A stretch of DNA of 64,000 nucleotides, taken from NCBI GenBank assembly GCA_965112735.1, contig OZ218960.1:2976001-3040000 (forward strand), in the 5' to 3' direction. The translations under genes were made by a program, and so were the position numbers. The DNA comes from Phaeosaccion multiseriatum. Its lineage: Eukaryota; Protista; Ochrophyta, other classes. This document shows, piece by piece, positions 14,101 to 27,142 of this stretch. Each line of letters begins with the position of its first letter. Within the stretch, counting starts at the first letter, position 1. The notes below the pieces were generated by a model. That model did no database searches, was not told the DNA's origin, and saw only the letters and a program-made list of their open reading frames with translations.

Positions 14101-15379
14101 CCCACCCCCCACCTGAGCAGAAAGTCCAGCACGGGCTTCCCCCGCAGGTACTGCAACCCATACAGAGGATGGAAGTAGTCAATCTCCCTCAGGCCCTTGT
14201 CCGTGGGCATGGAGCTCACAGTAGCATAGCGGCGGAACAGGGCCCGACACCTCCGACGGACAGTGGGCTCTGCGGCCACCTCACACGCCACCATGTGCCT
14301 CACCGCAGACAGCATGGCCTCTTCCCTGGCTAGGGACGGGGGCGTGTTGGTTGTGTCGTCGTCGCCATCTATTTGCATGGGGTCTGCCCCCTTGGGGTCC
14401 TTGGGCAGTGTGACGTGCCCTGAGTGGAGGGGGTGGAGGAGGGGGGGGGGGGGTCCAAGGGTCACTCAACTGAAACTGAAACTGAAAACACCAACTACTA
14501 ATACTACCACCACCAATTCTCCTCCTCCTCCTCCTCCTCCTCCTCCTTCTTCTTCTTCTTCTCCTACCACTACCTCCTCCACTCACCCGGTGACTGCGCC
14601 ACGTACTCCGCCGCCACAGCCAGGGGGTCCTCCCCAGGTGTGGGTATCCGCTCGCCCCCCTCCTCCACCGCCGACTGCAGCGAGGCCCCAAAGGCAGCAG
14701 GGCCGATGGTGAAGCGTTTGGCCAGGCTCCTCAAGCCCTCCCTTCGGCAGGCTCGGTACCGCTCATTGCGAGCGCGGGACGGCCTCTTCCTCCTCGACCG
14801 TCTCGCTCTCGCCCTCTGCCCCGAAGCAGAACCGGTTCCGTTGGCCGCTCCTCCTCTTCGACCAGTGCCGTTGCCGTTGCCGTTGCTGCTGCCGCCGCCG
14901 CCGCCGCCGCCTTCCTGGCCTCCGTCTCCTCCGTCTTCTATCGCTAACAGTGCATCCCCCACACCACCCGCACCTCCTCCTCCCTCCCTCCTCGCCCTCT
15001 CCTCCTTGTCCTTCTCCTCCTCCTGTCGCACCATGACCAAATTCAGATAGCCTTGAAGGTCCTTCAGCGCGTCCTCGCTGTGCTCCATCAACAAATGCCC
15101 ATAGTGACTCTCAGGCAACAGCTCGGCCTCGTCCGTCAGCGTCTCCCTCTTGCGCTGCAGGGCCGCTTCCCTCTCCTCCCTCCTTGCCTGCTTCCTCTCT
15201 CTCCGACGGCGGAGACGGTTTCGTCTGACAGTTTCAAGTTCCTCCACCTCCATCTCTACCTCCGTGGTGACTCCGTTGAGGTACACCTCGCCTTGACGCA
15301 CCTACTCGAGGAGCGAGGGAGGGGAGGGGAGGGGGAAAAGGGGAAAAGCAGGAGGTGAGTGACGTGGTGCACACACACG

Positions 15380-15422
<43 letters not shown>

Positions 15423-17022
15423 CCCCAGAGGCTGAGCAGAGCCCATACGCCCGTCCCACGCCCAACCACCCACCCACCCCCCATCCCCCCCCCCACCCGT
15501 GTGACCCCCACCTCACCTTGTCCTCCCCGGCTCTGACTGCCTCCTGCAGTGCTTCATCGGTGAGTTCCTCAGGCCTCTGTGGCTCGACAGGAGCCTCTCC
15601 TCCGAGGGCGTTCCTCTCCTTCTCAATCTCCTTCTCGTCCTCCTCATCGTCGCTCTCCTGTGAAAGCATAGTGTTAGCAAAGCAGGGTAGAGGGTGGAGG
15701 ATAAGATGAGGCAACACAGCACAGCTCCGAACTCGTTTCAGTTTCACGCTGCGATACACTCTTTTTTTCACAGTTTCAACTGCAAGAATCATCCTCCATC
15801 AGTCGAAACAACATAGAACACATCCCTACGCTCTACCCAGAGATATCCAGAGAGAGAAAAAAGAGAAGCCAAACAGAGAGAGGGACAGAAGAGAGAGAGA
15901 ACAAAGAACAACCAAAAGAGAGCCACATGGTCCTTGGTCCTTGATTGCTGTAAGGCACCAAGTACCCTACTTCATCCCACATACCAATACATCGCCGTCC
16001 CCTATGCGTGCCCTGATGGCCGCCAACTGTGACTCCAGCGAAGCCTTCTTGTCCTCGTATGCCTCCAACTGGGGAGGGGGGGGGGGGGGGCGTGCAGTTT
16101 GCAGTTGATACTTTGCAGGCTCACTTCGTCAGAGTTCAGTTCACTTACTCCCCTTCCCTCCCTCCCTCCCTCCCTCCCTCCCTCCCTCCCCCACTCCCTC
16201 ACCTTGGTGGCGTACGCCGCACTCTCCCGCTCGTACGCCGCCATGGCCTCTGCATTGGCCGCCGCCGCCCCCCTCTCTAACAACCCCCGAGCCTCCTCCA
16301 AACCTGTCTGCGCCCGTTCCAGCGCCGTCTCTGCCCGTCTCAGTCGCTCGTTCCTCTTCCCTGCATCATGCAGCTCGAGTCTCCTGCGCTCCTTCCTCTC
16401 CTCCTCCCCCTCCGACGAGTAGCGAGGGTCGCCCGCCCCTTCCTCGTCATCACCGTCGAGCTCCTCTTCTTGTTGCCCTCCTTCTCCTTCTCCTCCTTCT
16501 CCTTCTCCTTCCCCATCCTCCCCTCTGAGCATACTCCAGAGCTCCTTGCAGCCGGCCTCCAGCATCAGCCTCCTGATGAGGGGATGGAAGGGTGGGGGGA
16601 TGGGGTAAGGCACACATGGTTAGACGTTAGACATACGTATCTACTCACTAACAGCTGGCACTGCACTCTGGCAAGGCAGTCCCACTCTCCCCCTTCCTCC
16701 CGCCCCGTTGGTTGGTTGGTTGGTTGGTTGGTTGGTTGGTTGGTTGGCTGTCTCCCCCTCCTCCTCCTCCTCCTCCTCCTCCTCCTCCTATCGCTACTCT
16801 ACTTGCCTGCCCTCCACCTTCTCCCACTTCTCGTCGAGATCGAATATCCTCCAGAGATGGCCCCTGTCGAGGCCCGCCTCTTGGAAGTAGTCCTTCCTGT
16901 GCTGCCACACAAACGGCACCTCATACTCTTCCTCCGTGAAGTATGAGAGGACCCTCTCGATCGCAGCCTTGACCTGTAACAGGGCAGGGGAAGGGGGGGT
17001 GGAGGGGGGATCTGGGTCTCTC

Positions 17023-17057
<35 letters not shown>

Positions 17058-17443
17058 CCACTGCCATCCCACCCAACCACTCCCCCACCCACTCACTGCC
17101 ATCCACTGCCATCCCACCCCCCACACACGTACCTGACTGGGCCTCTCCACCTCCCTGTCGAAGGTAAGCTGCTGGAAGATCCAATCCGCCTCATCGCGCC
17201 TCTCCGTGTCCGTTACGCCCGACGAGTGCCTTCCCCTCCCAATGTTTCGCGTCTGCAGCCTGTAGGTGTATCACCAACGTGTATGCATGTATGGTGTGTG
17301 TGTTTGAAAGAGAGAGGGGAGTGTGTGTGAGTGTATGCATGTATGGTGTGTGTGTGTTTGAAAGAGAGAGGGGAGTGTGTGTGAGTGTATGCATGTATGG
17401 TGTGTGTGTGTTTGAAAGAGAGAGGGGAGTGTGTGTGAGTGTA

Positions 17444-17489
<46 letters not shown>

Positions 17490-20400
17490 CATGCGTGTGT
17501 GTGCATGCGTGTGTCTGTGTGTGAGTGTGCGGGTGTGCCTGTGTGCATGTGTGTGTGTATGTGTGTTTGTCTGTGTGTGAGTGTGTGGGTGTGCATGTGT
17601 GCGTGTGTGTGTGCGTGAACGTTACTAACCTCTCGGGGCGATCTGTGGCCTTTATGACTCCATCGTGCTCCGTGATAAAGTACTCACTGCGATTGATTAC
17701 AGGCATATGGACAAGAGAGAGGGAGGAGACGAGGAGGGGGGGGAGAAGGATAAAACAGTGCGTCAGCGCAAAGAGAACGGATGGTCCTCACCGCCTCTGC
17801 ACTGCGATACAAACCATTCACTGACATGACCGTTACATGAGTAGCAACACCAGCAAACAGAACAGACATGTAACCGATATGGAACAGCACATGTGTACTC
17901 ACCGCAGCAAGGCCGGCTCGAGCTTGCTCATGGCGATGCGCCGCCGCTCCTCCATCTCCTTACTACTGGCCTTCTTGAGTCGCACCCCGGCCTCATCCAC
18001 CCCTGCCCCCCACCCCGACCCTGCTCCTCCCCCTCCGCCTCCCTCCCCATCCTCTCCATCCAGACCAAGTCCGGGCCCCCCGTCCTCCCCTCCTTCCCCT
18101 CCTCCTCCTCCAATGACCTCCATGATGCCGTCGCCAAAGATGTCGTGCATCTCATCCCATTGGGCTTGTGAAGGGCCCTCCTCCCCTTGGAGGTAGTCCC
18201 CCTCCCCTCCCATCCCTCCCTGCCCCCCTCGCCCCCTTCCCCCTCCCGGTCCCCCTATTCCTAGGGGGCCCCTCCTCCTCCCGCCCCCCCTCCCCCCTGC
18301 CCCCCTGCTCCCACCGACACGCTCTCTTGTCGGTGCAGTGTCGTCCAAGTACCCGATATCATCATCAATAAAGTCACTCTCTTCACTTCGATATCCCCCG
18401 TCGATGTCGATATCCTGGCCCCTCCTCTGCTGGCGCCCCTCGTCCTCCCTGCCCCCTCGCCCCCTCGCCCCATCACCGTCTCCCTCCTCGCCCGCCTCCT
18501 CATCAAACAAACCCTTGCGCAGCTCCTCCTGGTTCCTCGCCGACACCCCCCTCCCCCTCCCCTCCCCCTCCTCTCCCGTCCCCCTCCCCCTGTCCTCCCC
18601 CAGATGCACCCCCGTGGACTCCCTAATGAGATCCAAGTCTTCCTCATCAAGCTCCCTGGGCATTTTTGCCTTCTTGAGGCGTGTGAGTTTCTTCTTCTTC
18701 TTGCCCCTCCTCCCCCCTGCCCCTCCCTCATCGCTGTCTCCCAGCCCCTCGTCATCGCTCACCACGAAACCGTCTTTCTCGTAGTTGCCATCGTTGTCTC
18801 CCTCCTGTGGTATGGCAGATGGGAGGCAAGGCCCAGAGGGGGTGTTGGGGGAGAGAAGGAGGGAGAGAGGGGAGGACGAGAGAGGGAGAAAGGGAGCAAG
18901 TAGGAGACAATGAGGTGTGGGGGGAGGGAGGCACGGGAGAGCACATGAGGTGCCATCCGATCCGGCGGCAAAAATCATCTCCTTCTCAAAACACTCAAAA
19001 CCAGTACACACAAACCAGTATGGCGGGGACAATTCTCCTCGCCGCATACCCCATACCCCACCCATGCATACATATATACACACATCCCTCCTCCTCCTCT
19101 CTCCCTCTCTCACACTCCATACATACATACATACATGCACACATAATATATACATATATACATACATACAACCATACATACATGCATACATACATGCATG
19201 CATACATACAACCATACATACATGCATACATACACACATACACACATACATACATACATAAAGGCATACGCACATACACATATATATACATACGTACACC
19301 ATACACACACGTACATAAACATACATACCTCCTCCTCCTCGTCCTCCTCCCCATCGTCATCATCATCCTCTGCCATGTCATCAAAGTACTTGCGAGCGCG
19401 TTTGTCACCCTTGTCATTCTTCCCCTCTCCTCCTCCTCCATCCGAGGATGAAGACTTCTTGCGCTTCTTGGGCTTGCGAAGGGGGGCAGCAGCTGCGGCA
19501 GTTGGTGATTCAGACCCACTGCTGGCGCCTCCTCCTCCCTCTCTTTCACTGTTATCGCCGCTATCGTCGCTGCCGTCGGAATCATCATCATCCGACGCCG
19601 GGCCTTTGTGGGGTGAGGTGGATTGGAGGGGGGAGGGCAGGCAGAATCAATGATGCATGAGCGTGGAGGGAGGAGTCAGTCGTGGCCCTACTTCTGTAAC
19701 GCTTCCTACGTAACGCTTAGCATAGGACAGGGGCTGAGGAAGGGGCTCGGGCTCCGTCGACAAAGAGACACACACACACCCCTCACCCGCCTCCCTGCCT
19801 CCCCCCGGGCATCCCTCACTCACTCATTTTCCCCGTCCCTCTCACTATCTCTCTCTCTCTCTCACGCTCACCCTTCGTCGCGGCGGTGGCAGTTCCTCCC
19901 TCTCCCTTGCCCTTCCCTTTGCCCTTCCCCTTGCCCCCCCCCTGCCCCCCCCCGGCCCTCATGGGCTTTGCAGCTCCTCCTCCATCGTCAGATTCGTCGC
20001 TGCTTTCTGAGGAGTCTGAATCGCTCTGTCCTCACCAGTGACGTAGAAAGGCAGGTTGGAAGACAGACAGGCGTGTGGGCACACCGGTAGGCAGGTAGGC
20101 AACCGGCGAGCGATTGAGAGAGGGCGAGAAGAGAGCATGTGTAGCAGCAGAGGTAGCAGCAGCTGTACGTAAGTCACTCGCTCTGGCGAGTGCTAGGACA
20201 TGATTGGAACTAGGCATGAAAGGTTGGTACTGGGGTAGACATACCCCACCCAACCCCGCTTACAAGAAAAGAGACTGACTCCGCGCTGGGGAATGAATGG
20301 GGCAACGATAAAACTCTTTTGGGGATCCTTACCGGCGCCGCGTTGCTAGCCACAGGTGTGGCCACAGGTGTGGGAGTCTCTGCCTCGCCTCCTGCCTCGT

Positions 20401-20903
20401 CACCGCTGCTGTCATCCTCATCGCTGCTACCAAGGGCGGCAGAATCCTTCGTAGGGGGTGCCGCTGCGGTTGCCGCTGCTGGTGCTGCTGCTAGAGGAGC
20501 TGTGCCGCCTGAAGAGGAGTCTACGATTGAGGAAGAGACGTGGATGCAAGAAGAAGACAGAGGGGGGGTAGCGGAGTAACGGATGAGAGGGGGGGCGGGC
20601 AGAGACGAGGACGAGAGGACGAGAGGGATGAGTGTCTACAGCGCCTGACCGCACGCATCATAGCGTGGATATCTTTCTGTTTGCATGGAGTGAAGGGCAG
20701 GTATTGGAACGAGCGAGTCGACTGACTGCCACAGCCCCGCTCGGCAGGTAGTCAAGCTGCTATGCATATCCCTTCTCCTTCAGAAGAGACCTTGCATCCG
20801 ACCATTCAGTTGAAGGGGATGCCCTGTCATCCCCTCTCCCTCCTCCTCCGCCCGCCGTCACCCCTCTCCACGCACCAGAAGAGCTGCTGTCAGAGTCGGA
20901 CAT
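3765..20903 (-). CDS. SPT6: Transcription elongation factor / histone chaperone SPT6, ~30 exons
   Basis: ATG 20903 (MSDSDSSSS), acidic N-terminus, then Spt6 motifs in order: IKATDRPERL, EADWIFQQL, YEVPFVWQHRKDY, LWRIFDLDEKW, EVAAEPTVRRR..PTDKGLREID, LAISLGRMAQEPL, LQFVGGLGPKKA (HhH), FDSMRIHPECY, LFEWITGES + S1 domain, tandem SH2 (VRPSSKGADRLSLTW; EEYEDLDELL). Last exon 4353-3765 ends in a Q/P-rich tail. Other exons include 20903-20876, 20520-20333, 20025-19872, 19603-19329, 17259-17133, 16572-16204, 15301-14587, 9809-9613, 6291-6100, 4777-4590 (some +/- a few nt). Confidence 0.95.
5553..6097. repeat. (CACT)n/(CCCT)n compound microsatellite in a SPT6 intron
   Basis: Direct reading; sense strand reads (GGGA)n then (GTGA)n after the donor at 6099. 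Confidence 0.9.
7644..8065. repeat. 19-bp minisatellite CCCGTCCTGACACCCCCTA, ~22 copies, in a SPT6 intron
   Basis: Near-perfect tandem array with no spacers. Confidence 0.95.
12985..13400. repeat. (GGGA)n tract; sense (CCCT)n upstream of a SPT6 acceptor
   Basis: Direct reading. Confidence 0.9.
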
Positions 20904-21245
20904 CTTCCCCTCCCCGCTGTTGAAGACCTCAGCGCCCGCTGTGCTTCTTCCTCGCCTCCTCCTCCGCTCCTCGTCCCTGCCTTCCTCGAGCCTGTTCTCT
21001 ATCTCGGAGGATCCAAGTCCTTCCTAATGACGACCACGCCTCAACCTAGGGTATCCCACCGATTCCCACCTCCCGCTCCTTTCCAAAGGCCACAAGTGCT
21101 TGCAGTACAACACGCTGCATTCCCTCTCTTGCTGTCCCCCCTCGCAGCCAGCCTCGCCCCCGGTGGGAGATGCAGGACCATCCAGTGCCATCCTCCTGGT
21201 TTTTAAATTTCTCGACGATTGTCGTCACATCACATCCTCGCAAGA

Positions 21246-24200
21246 ATGAAGCCGAAGAAGCTGTCGCAGCAGGAGGGAAAAGAGAATATGGACAAGGGCA
21301 AGAAGCAGAGGAAGCGGCAGGGGGAGGGGGGGCGGCCGGGGCTGAAGAAGGCAGAGGTGACGGAGGGAAACGCCAGCGCCAAACCCAAAGGACAGAGCTC
21401 GATTCTGTCGTTCTTCAGCAAACCCAAGGGAAGCAGCAGTGCTGCCAAACCGGCGAGTCTTCCAAGCAGCGGTGGTAGCACTGACGCACCTGCTGCTGCG
21501 AAAGCCCTCAAGAGAGGCCCGGCCGTCGAGGAGGGACAAGGGGAAAACAAAGACAAAGCCGGCAAGGTTTTGGACAGAGGCAGTGCTCGCGGGGCTCCTC
21601 GGCAGAAGAGGTCGAGGAAAGAGCTTCGCGAAGGCACCTCCGCTGCTATTGCTGCTGCTTCTTCCGCTTCTGTTGTTTGTATTGATGATGAGTCGCCTTC
21701 CTGTGAGAGCGGGAGCGGGCCACTGGTTGGGGAAGAAGCAGCAGAAGGAGCCGCAGCAGGAGGACAAGGAGGAGGGGGTGCGGGAGAAGATGAAGGAGCA
21801 GGAGGAGGACAATGTAGAAGGCGACGAAGAGGGAGAGGGGGTAAGGAGCCGACATCACCACTCAAAACAACAGGAGGGGAAGAGTCTTCTCCGACAGACG
21901 ATGGCTCCAAGGCGACATCCGAGAGAGGTGCATCGGGGGGGGGGAAGGGCGGGCTGGGGAAGAAGAGGAGGCTGGAAGAGTTGCCGCTGGCGGGCGGCCA
22001 GACCGGAAGGAGTAAGCCGCCGCGATGCCTGCCCGCCCGCAGAACAAGGGGGGCGGGGAGAGAGCAGGAGGACAAGGAGGAGGAGGAGGAGGAGGAGGAG
22101 GAGGAGGAGGAGGAGGAGGAGGAGAAAGAGGAGGGGGAAGAAGACGAGGAGGAAGACGAGGAGGAAGACGAGGAGGAAGACGAGGAGGAAAGCGAGGAAG
22201 AGGACGAAGAGTACACACAGAAGCGGGTTGGCTCGCGTTCCGGAGGAACAACGGCTCGCACCCGCGGGCACACTGGCACTCTTCCTGGCGGCGGGGCGGT
22301 GGAGCTGACTGCCGCAGCGAAGGATGTTGCGCGCTTCCTCGAGACTGCGCATCTCCAGTCCTCGAAGCACAGTAGCAGCCGCAGCGGCGCGGGGAGAGCC
22401 CATACCGCCACGGGGGAGGGCGGCTACGAACCTGTAGCAGTTGGAGATACAGCAGCTACGGGAGAGTCAAGGCCGGGGGCAGAGGCAGGGGTGAGAAGAG
22501 GAGGAGAAGCATTTGGTGATACGGCAGCTGCAGATGGCTCAAAAGGTGCCGGCGCTGCTGGGGGAGGGCAAGGAGAAGTCGAGAAAGCGTCCGCACATCC
22601 TCAAGAAGCACTAGTACCAGCACCAGCACCAGCAGTTGGTGATACAGCACCAGTACCAGCACCAGCACCAGGAGGAGGGGGAGGAGGAGGGGGAGGAGTG
22701 GGGAGGAGTGGGCAGGTGAGGGGCGAGACGACAGTGTCGGACTACGAACAAGCTCGACAAGACAAAATCAACGCCAACATGCAGAAGATGCTCGAGCTCG
22801 GTCTCATGACACACATTATCACAGATGGCAGCAATCAGTCCTCCAGCAGGGGTGGGGGCAAGACCAAGGGTAAGGGCAAGGCCAAGGGGAGGAGGGAGGT
22901 GGCGGGAGGCTCTGTGGGTGGTGCACCATCTGGGTCTTCGGCTTCTTCTCTGCCGTCCAGGAGGTCGCACAGGTGAGGAAGGAGGAGCAGGAGGAGGAGG
23001 AGGAGGAGCAGCAGGAGGAGGAGATCCGTTGCCAAGCACTCTCTCTCATCCATTGCCATCCCCCCTCTCTCACTAATTGCCATCCATTGCCATCCAGGCT
23101 GGTGGGGAAAGACCTCAATCTCAGTGAGGAGGCGCTGGAGGCTCTGGCTTCCTCCACAGCCACAGCCTCAGGCTCGGCAGTTGGTGGTACGGCATGGACT
23201 CGACCACCTGCCCCTGTGGAGCCCGAGCTGCAAGAGATCGATTTCGATGACTCCTCGGTGGTGCGTGCGTGCGTGCGCGAGTGTTGTGTGCGCCCTTGTC
23301 AGTTTCAGATTCGATTTGAGTTTGAGTCTGAGTTTCGAGTTTCCTCCCGCTCCTCCTGAGCGTGTCGATTTGTCAATACTCTCTGAAACTTGCATCTGCT
23401 ACGCATCTATCTGTACACAGCACTAACTTCTGAAACTGCCATGTCGCATGGTATCTGTACACAGCACTAACTTCTGAAACTGCCATGTCGCATGGTATCT
23501 GTACACAGCTCTACCTTCTGAAACTGCCGTGTCGCACGGTGTCCCCTCCCCACCCCAACCCTCTTCCTCTCATGTCTCCCCCACCACACACAGCTCAAGT
23601 ACTTGTGCTATAGCGACGACCACGCCAGCCAAGGTGGGGCAGTTGGTGATACAACCGAAGCAGGAACAGGAGAGGAGGAGGCATCCGGAGGCCTCCAAAG
23701 AGTCAAAGGCCTCCGCCAGGCGTATCCCGGGGGGGCGGCCACCTTGTGCGCTGCAGGGCTCTCTGCAGTATACTCCCTAGACTTTAGCACCACTCGACCG
23801 CTACTCGCTTCGGGTGGTAAGGGAGGCATCGTCGCGCTCTTCTCAACACGGCCCCCTCCTGCGAGGGGCGGCTCAAGAGGGGAGAACAAGGAGGAGGGGG
23901 GAGAGGGGGAGGAGGGAGAGGAGGAGGGAGAGGAGGAGGAAGATGATCCCTGCTTGATGGACTTTCGCGCCCACAGCGGGTGGGTTGCTTCTGTGCAATT
24001 CATGGACCACCTCCACGGCAACAGCAGTGAAGACGCCAGTCACTCAGTCAGTCAGTCAGTCAGTCACAAGGCCAGTCATATGGGCAGCACGGATTCTTCG
24101 CAGGGGTGTCACCTCGTCACTGCGGCCAATGATGGTGTTGTGAAGGTGTGTTGCTTCTGCGCGCAACTATACTGCCTCACTCCATTATTTAGGAGGGAGG

Positions 24201-27141
24201 GAGGGAGGGAGGGAGGAAGGAAGGAACGAAGGAACGAAGGAACGAAGGAGCGAAGGAGCGAAGGAAGGGAAGGAAGGCAGGAAGAAAGGCTCACTCACTC
24301 TCTCTCACTCACTCCCTCCCTCACTCCATCCATCCCATCCCTCCCTCCCTCCCTCCCTCCCTCCCTCCCTCCCTCCCTCCCTCCCTCCCTCCCTCCCTCC
24401 CTCCCTCCCTCCCTCCGTCCCTCCCGCCCTCCCGCCCGCCCTCCCTCCCTCCCTCCCTCCCTCCCTCCCTCCCTCCCTCCCTCCCTCCCTCCCTCCCTCC
24501 CTCCCTCCCTCCCTCCCTCCCTCCCTCCCTCCCTCCCTCCCTCCCTCCCTCCCTCCCTCCCTCCCTCCCTCCCTCCCTCCCTCCCTCCCTCCCTCCCTCC
24601 CTCCCTCCGTCCCTCCCTCCCTCCCTCCCTCCCTCCCTCCCTCCCTCCGTCCGTCCGTTGGTGCCTCTCTAGGTGTGGGACGTGTCTCGCCAACACAAGG
24701 GTATGCCCAGGCTACTCGCACAGGAGGCGGGGCTGCACAGCAAGGGCATCTTCTCTATGCATGTGATGGGGCGCGCACTGGCCACGGGCAGCAAGGACCG
24801 AAGCGTCGGGGTGGGACGAGTGGGGCAGTCGGGGCGGGTGGAGGTGTTACAGAGGGTCGAACAGCGAGGGGGGAGGCCGTTGCACACCGGAGTTGTCAAG
24901 GTGGGTGGGTGGGTGGGGATGGCAGTGGATGGGAGGTGGGGATGGCAGTGGACGAGGGTGGGTGGGGCTGGCATGAGGATGGATGGGTGGGGTGGGTAGG
25001 GTAGGTTAGGTGGATGTACTCCCTCACACGTAGCAACCGCTTGTGTCAGTCGCACGCACGCACGCACACACTAACGCACTCTACTCAACACTCAACTCAA
25101 CTCACTCACTCACTCCCTCCCTCCCTCACTCACTCACTCACTCGTCCACTCACTCATTCACTCGCTTCCCCACTCACTCACTCACTCACTCACTCACTCA
25201 CTCACTCACTCACTCACTCACTCACTCACTAACCCACTCACTCACTCACTCACTCACTCACTCGTCCACTCACTCACTCACTCACTCACTCACTCACTCA
25301 CTCACTCACACACTCACTCACTCACTCACTCACTCACTCGTCCACTCACTTACTCACTCACTCACTCACTCCCCCACTCACTCACCCACTCACCCACTCG
25401 CTCACTCACTCACTCACTCACCCACTCACTCACTCACTCACTCACCCACTCACTCACTCACTCACTCACTCACCCACTCACTCACTCACTCACTCACTCA
25501 CTCACTCACTCACTCACTCACTCACTCACTCTCTTACTCACTCACTCACTCACTCACTCACTCACTCACTCACTCACTCACTCACTCACTCACTCACTCA
25601 CTCACTCACTCACTCACTCACTCACTCACCCACTCACCCACTCACTCACTCACTCACTCACTCACTCACTCACTCACTCACTCACTCACTCACTCACCCA
25701 CTCACTCACTCACTCACTCACTCACTCACTCACTCACTCACTCACTCACTCACTCACTCACTCACTCACTCACTCACTCACTCACTCACTCACTCATTGG
25801 GTCACTCATTGGGTCACTCTCTCCCTCCCTCACTCGCGCACGCACACATGCACACACGCACACACGCACACACGCACACACGCACACACGCACACTCAGG
25901 ACGTGCGCCTGAGGGACTGCAACATGTTCGCTTCTTGCGGGGACGATCGCTCCATACAGGTAAGTCGATGAATGGGTCGGTGAGTGGGTACCCAAATCGA
26001 TCCATCGATATCGCGGTACTGCCTCCCCCCCATCCCCTGCCATCAACTGCCATCTCATAATCCAAGGCATCCCATCCCCTCCTCTCCTCTCCCCCCCCCC
26101 CATCCACTGCCATCCACTGCCACCCCCTCCTCTCCTCCTCCCATCCGCTGCCATCCATCCGCAGGTGGTAGATCTCCGCTGCCCCCCCTCCGCTCTGCCC
26201 GCCTTCACTGTCCCAGGAGCCCACTTGGCCTGCACACACACAGTCCGATGGCTCCCTGCAGGTGCAGGGGCGGGCGGGGGGCGGGACTACACGCTGCTGT
26301 CTGCGGGCCTCGATCCGGTCAGTAGGAAGGATGGATGGCAGTGGATGTACTTGTCAGTCGATCTCGCTGCCTTGTCTTGCTTCCTGTCTGTCTATCGTTC
26401 TCTGTTCCCTCTCCATGTCCCTTTCGCGGACTCACTCTTTTCATGTACCCCTCTTCCTCTTCCCTTCTCTCTCTATCTCTCAATCCCTCCCTCCCTCCCT
26501 CCCTCCCTCAGGTGGTTCGTCTGTGGGACTTGCGCAAGCTCTCCCCTGTCTCCTCCTCCTCCTCCTCCTCCTCCTCCTCGGGCCCGCCCCCCACCCCAGT
26601 GCACTCCTTCGAAGGACATGTGCCCTTCGTTCTCCCCAAGTATAAGGCCATCAACAGGTACGTACAACTCACTCCCTCACTCACTCACTCATTAACTCAC
26701 CCACTCACTCACTCACTCACTCAACTCACTCACTCACTCAACTCACTCACTCACTCACTCACTCACTCACTCACTCACTCACTCACTCGTTGACAACTGA
26801 CTGACTGCCTTCCATCCCTCCCTCCCTCCCTCCCTCCCTCCCTCCCTCCCCCCTCTCCCTCCCTCCCCCACCACCCACCCCCCAGACCTGAGTTCCTGCA
26901 TGACGGATCTTGCATCATCACTGCAGGAGAGCGCTCCTCACAGCTAAGCCTCTATGCCACTGACTCCGGCGCCACCATCTCGAGAGGCACATTGGCCGAG
27001 TCCGCCTTAGCCGTCACCACTCTCGCAGTCCAGTCAGGGCAGGCAGTAGGGGGGGCAGTAGGGGGGGCAGGAGGGAGAGGGGGACTCATCGCGGCGGCAG
27101 AGCGGGGGGGACACGTGCGCTTACTCGCTCTGAGGTATTGA
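21246..27141 (+). CDS. WD40-repeat protein, WDR76/CMR1-like, with a long disordered N-terminus; 8 exons
   Basis: Exons 21246-22972, 23098-23260, 23594-24145, 24673-24900, 25900-25959, 26165-26317, 26512-26657, 26886-27141. WD motifs: LASGGKGG, AHSGWVASVQF, LVTAANDGVVKVWDV, LATGSKDRSV, FASCGDDRSI, LLSAGLDPVVRLWDLRK. SDYEQARQDKINANMQKMLELGL matches the helix typical of WDR76/Cmr1 N-termini. Confidence 0.8.
23408..23540. repeat. ~44-bp tandem repeat x3 (TATCTGTACACAGCACTAACTTCTGAAACTGCCATGTCGCATGG)
   Basis: Three adjacent copies, the third diverged, in intron 2 of the WD40 gene. Confidence 0.85.
25080..25795. repeat. ~700-bp (CACT)n microsatellite, intronic
   Basis: Direct reading. Confidence 0.92.
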
Positions 27142-27142
27142 G

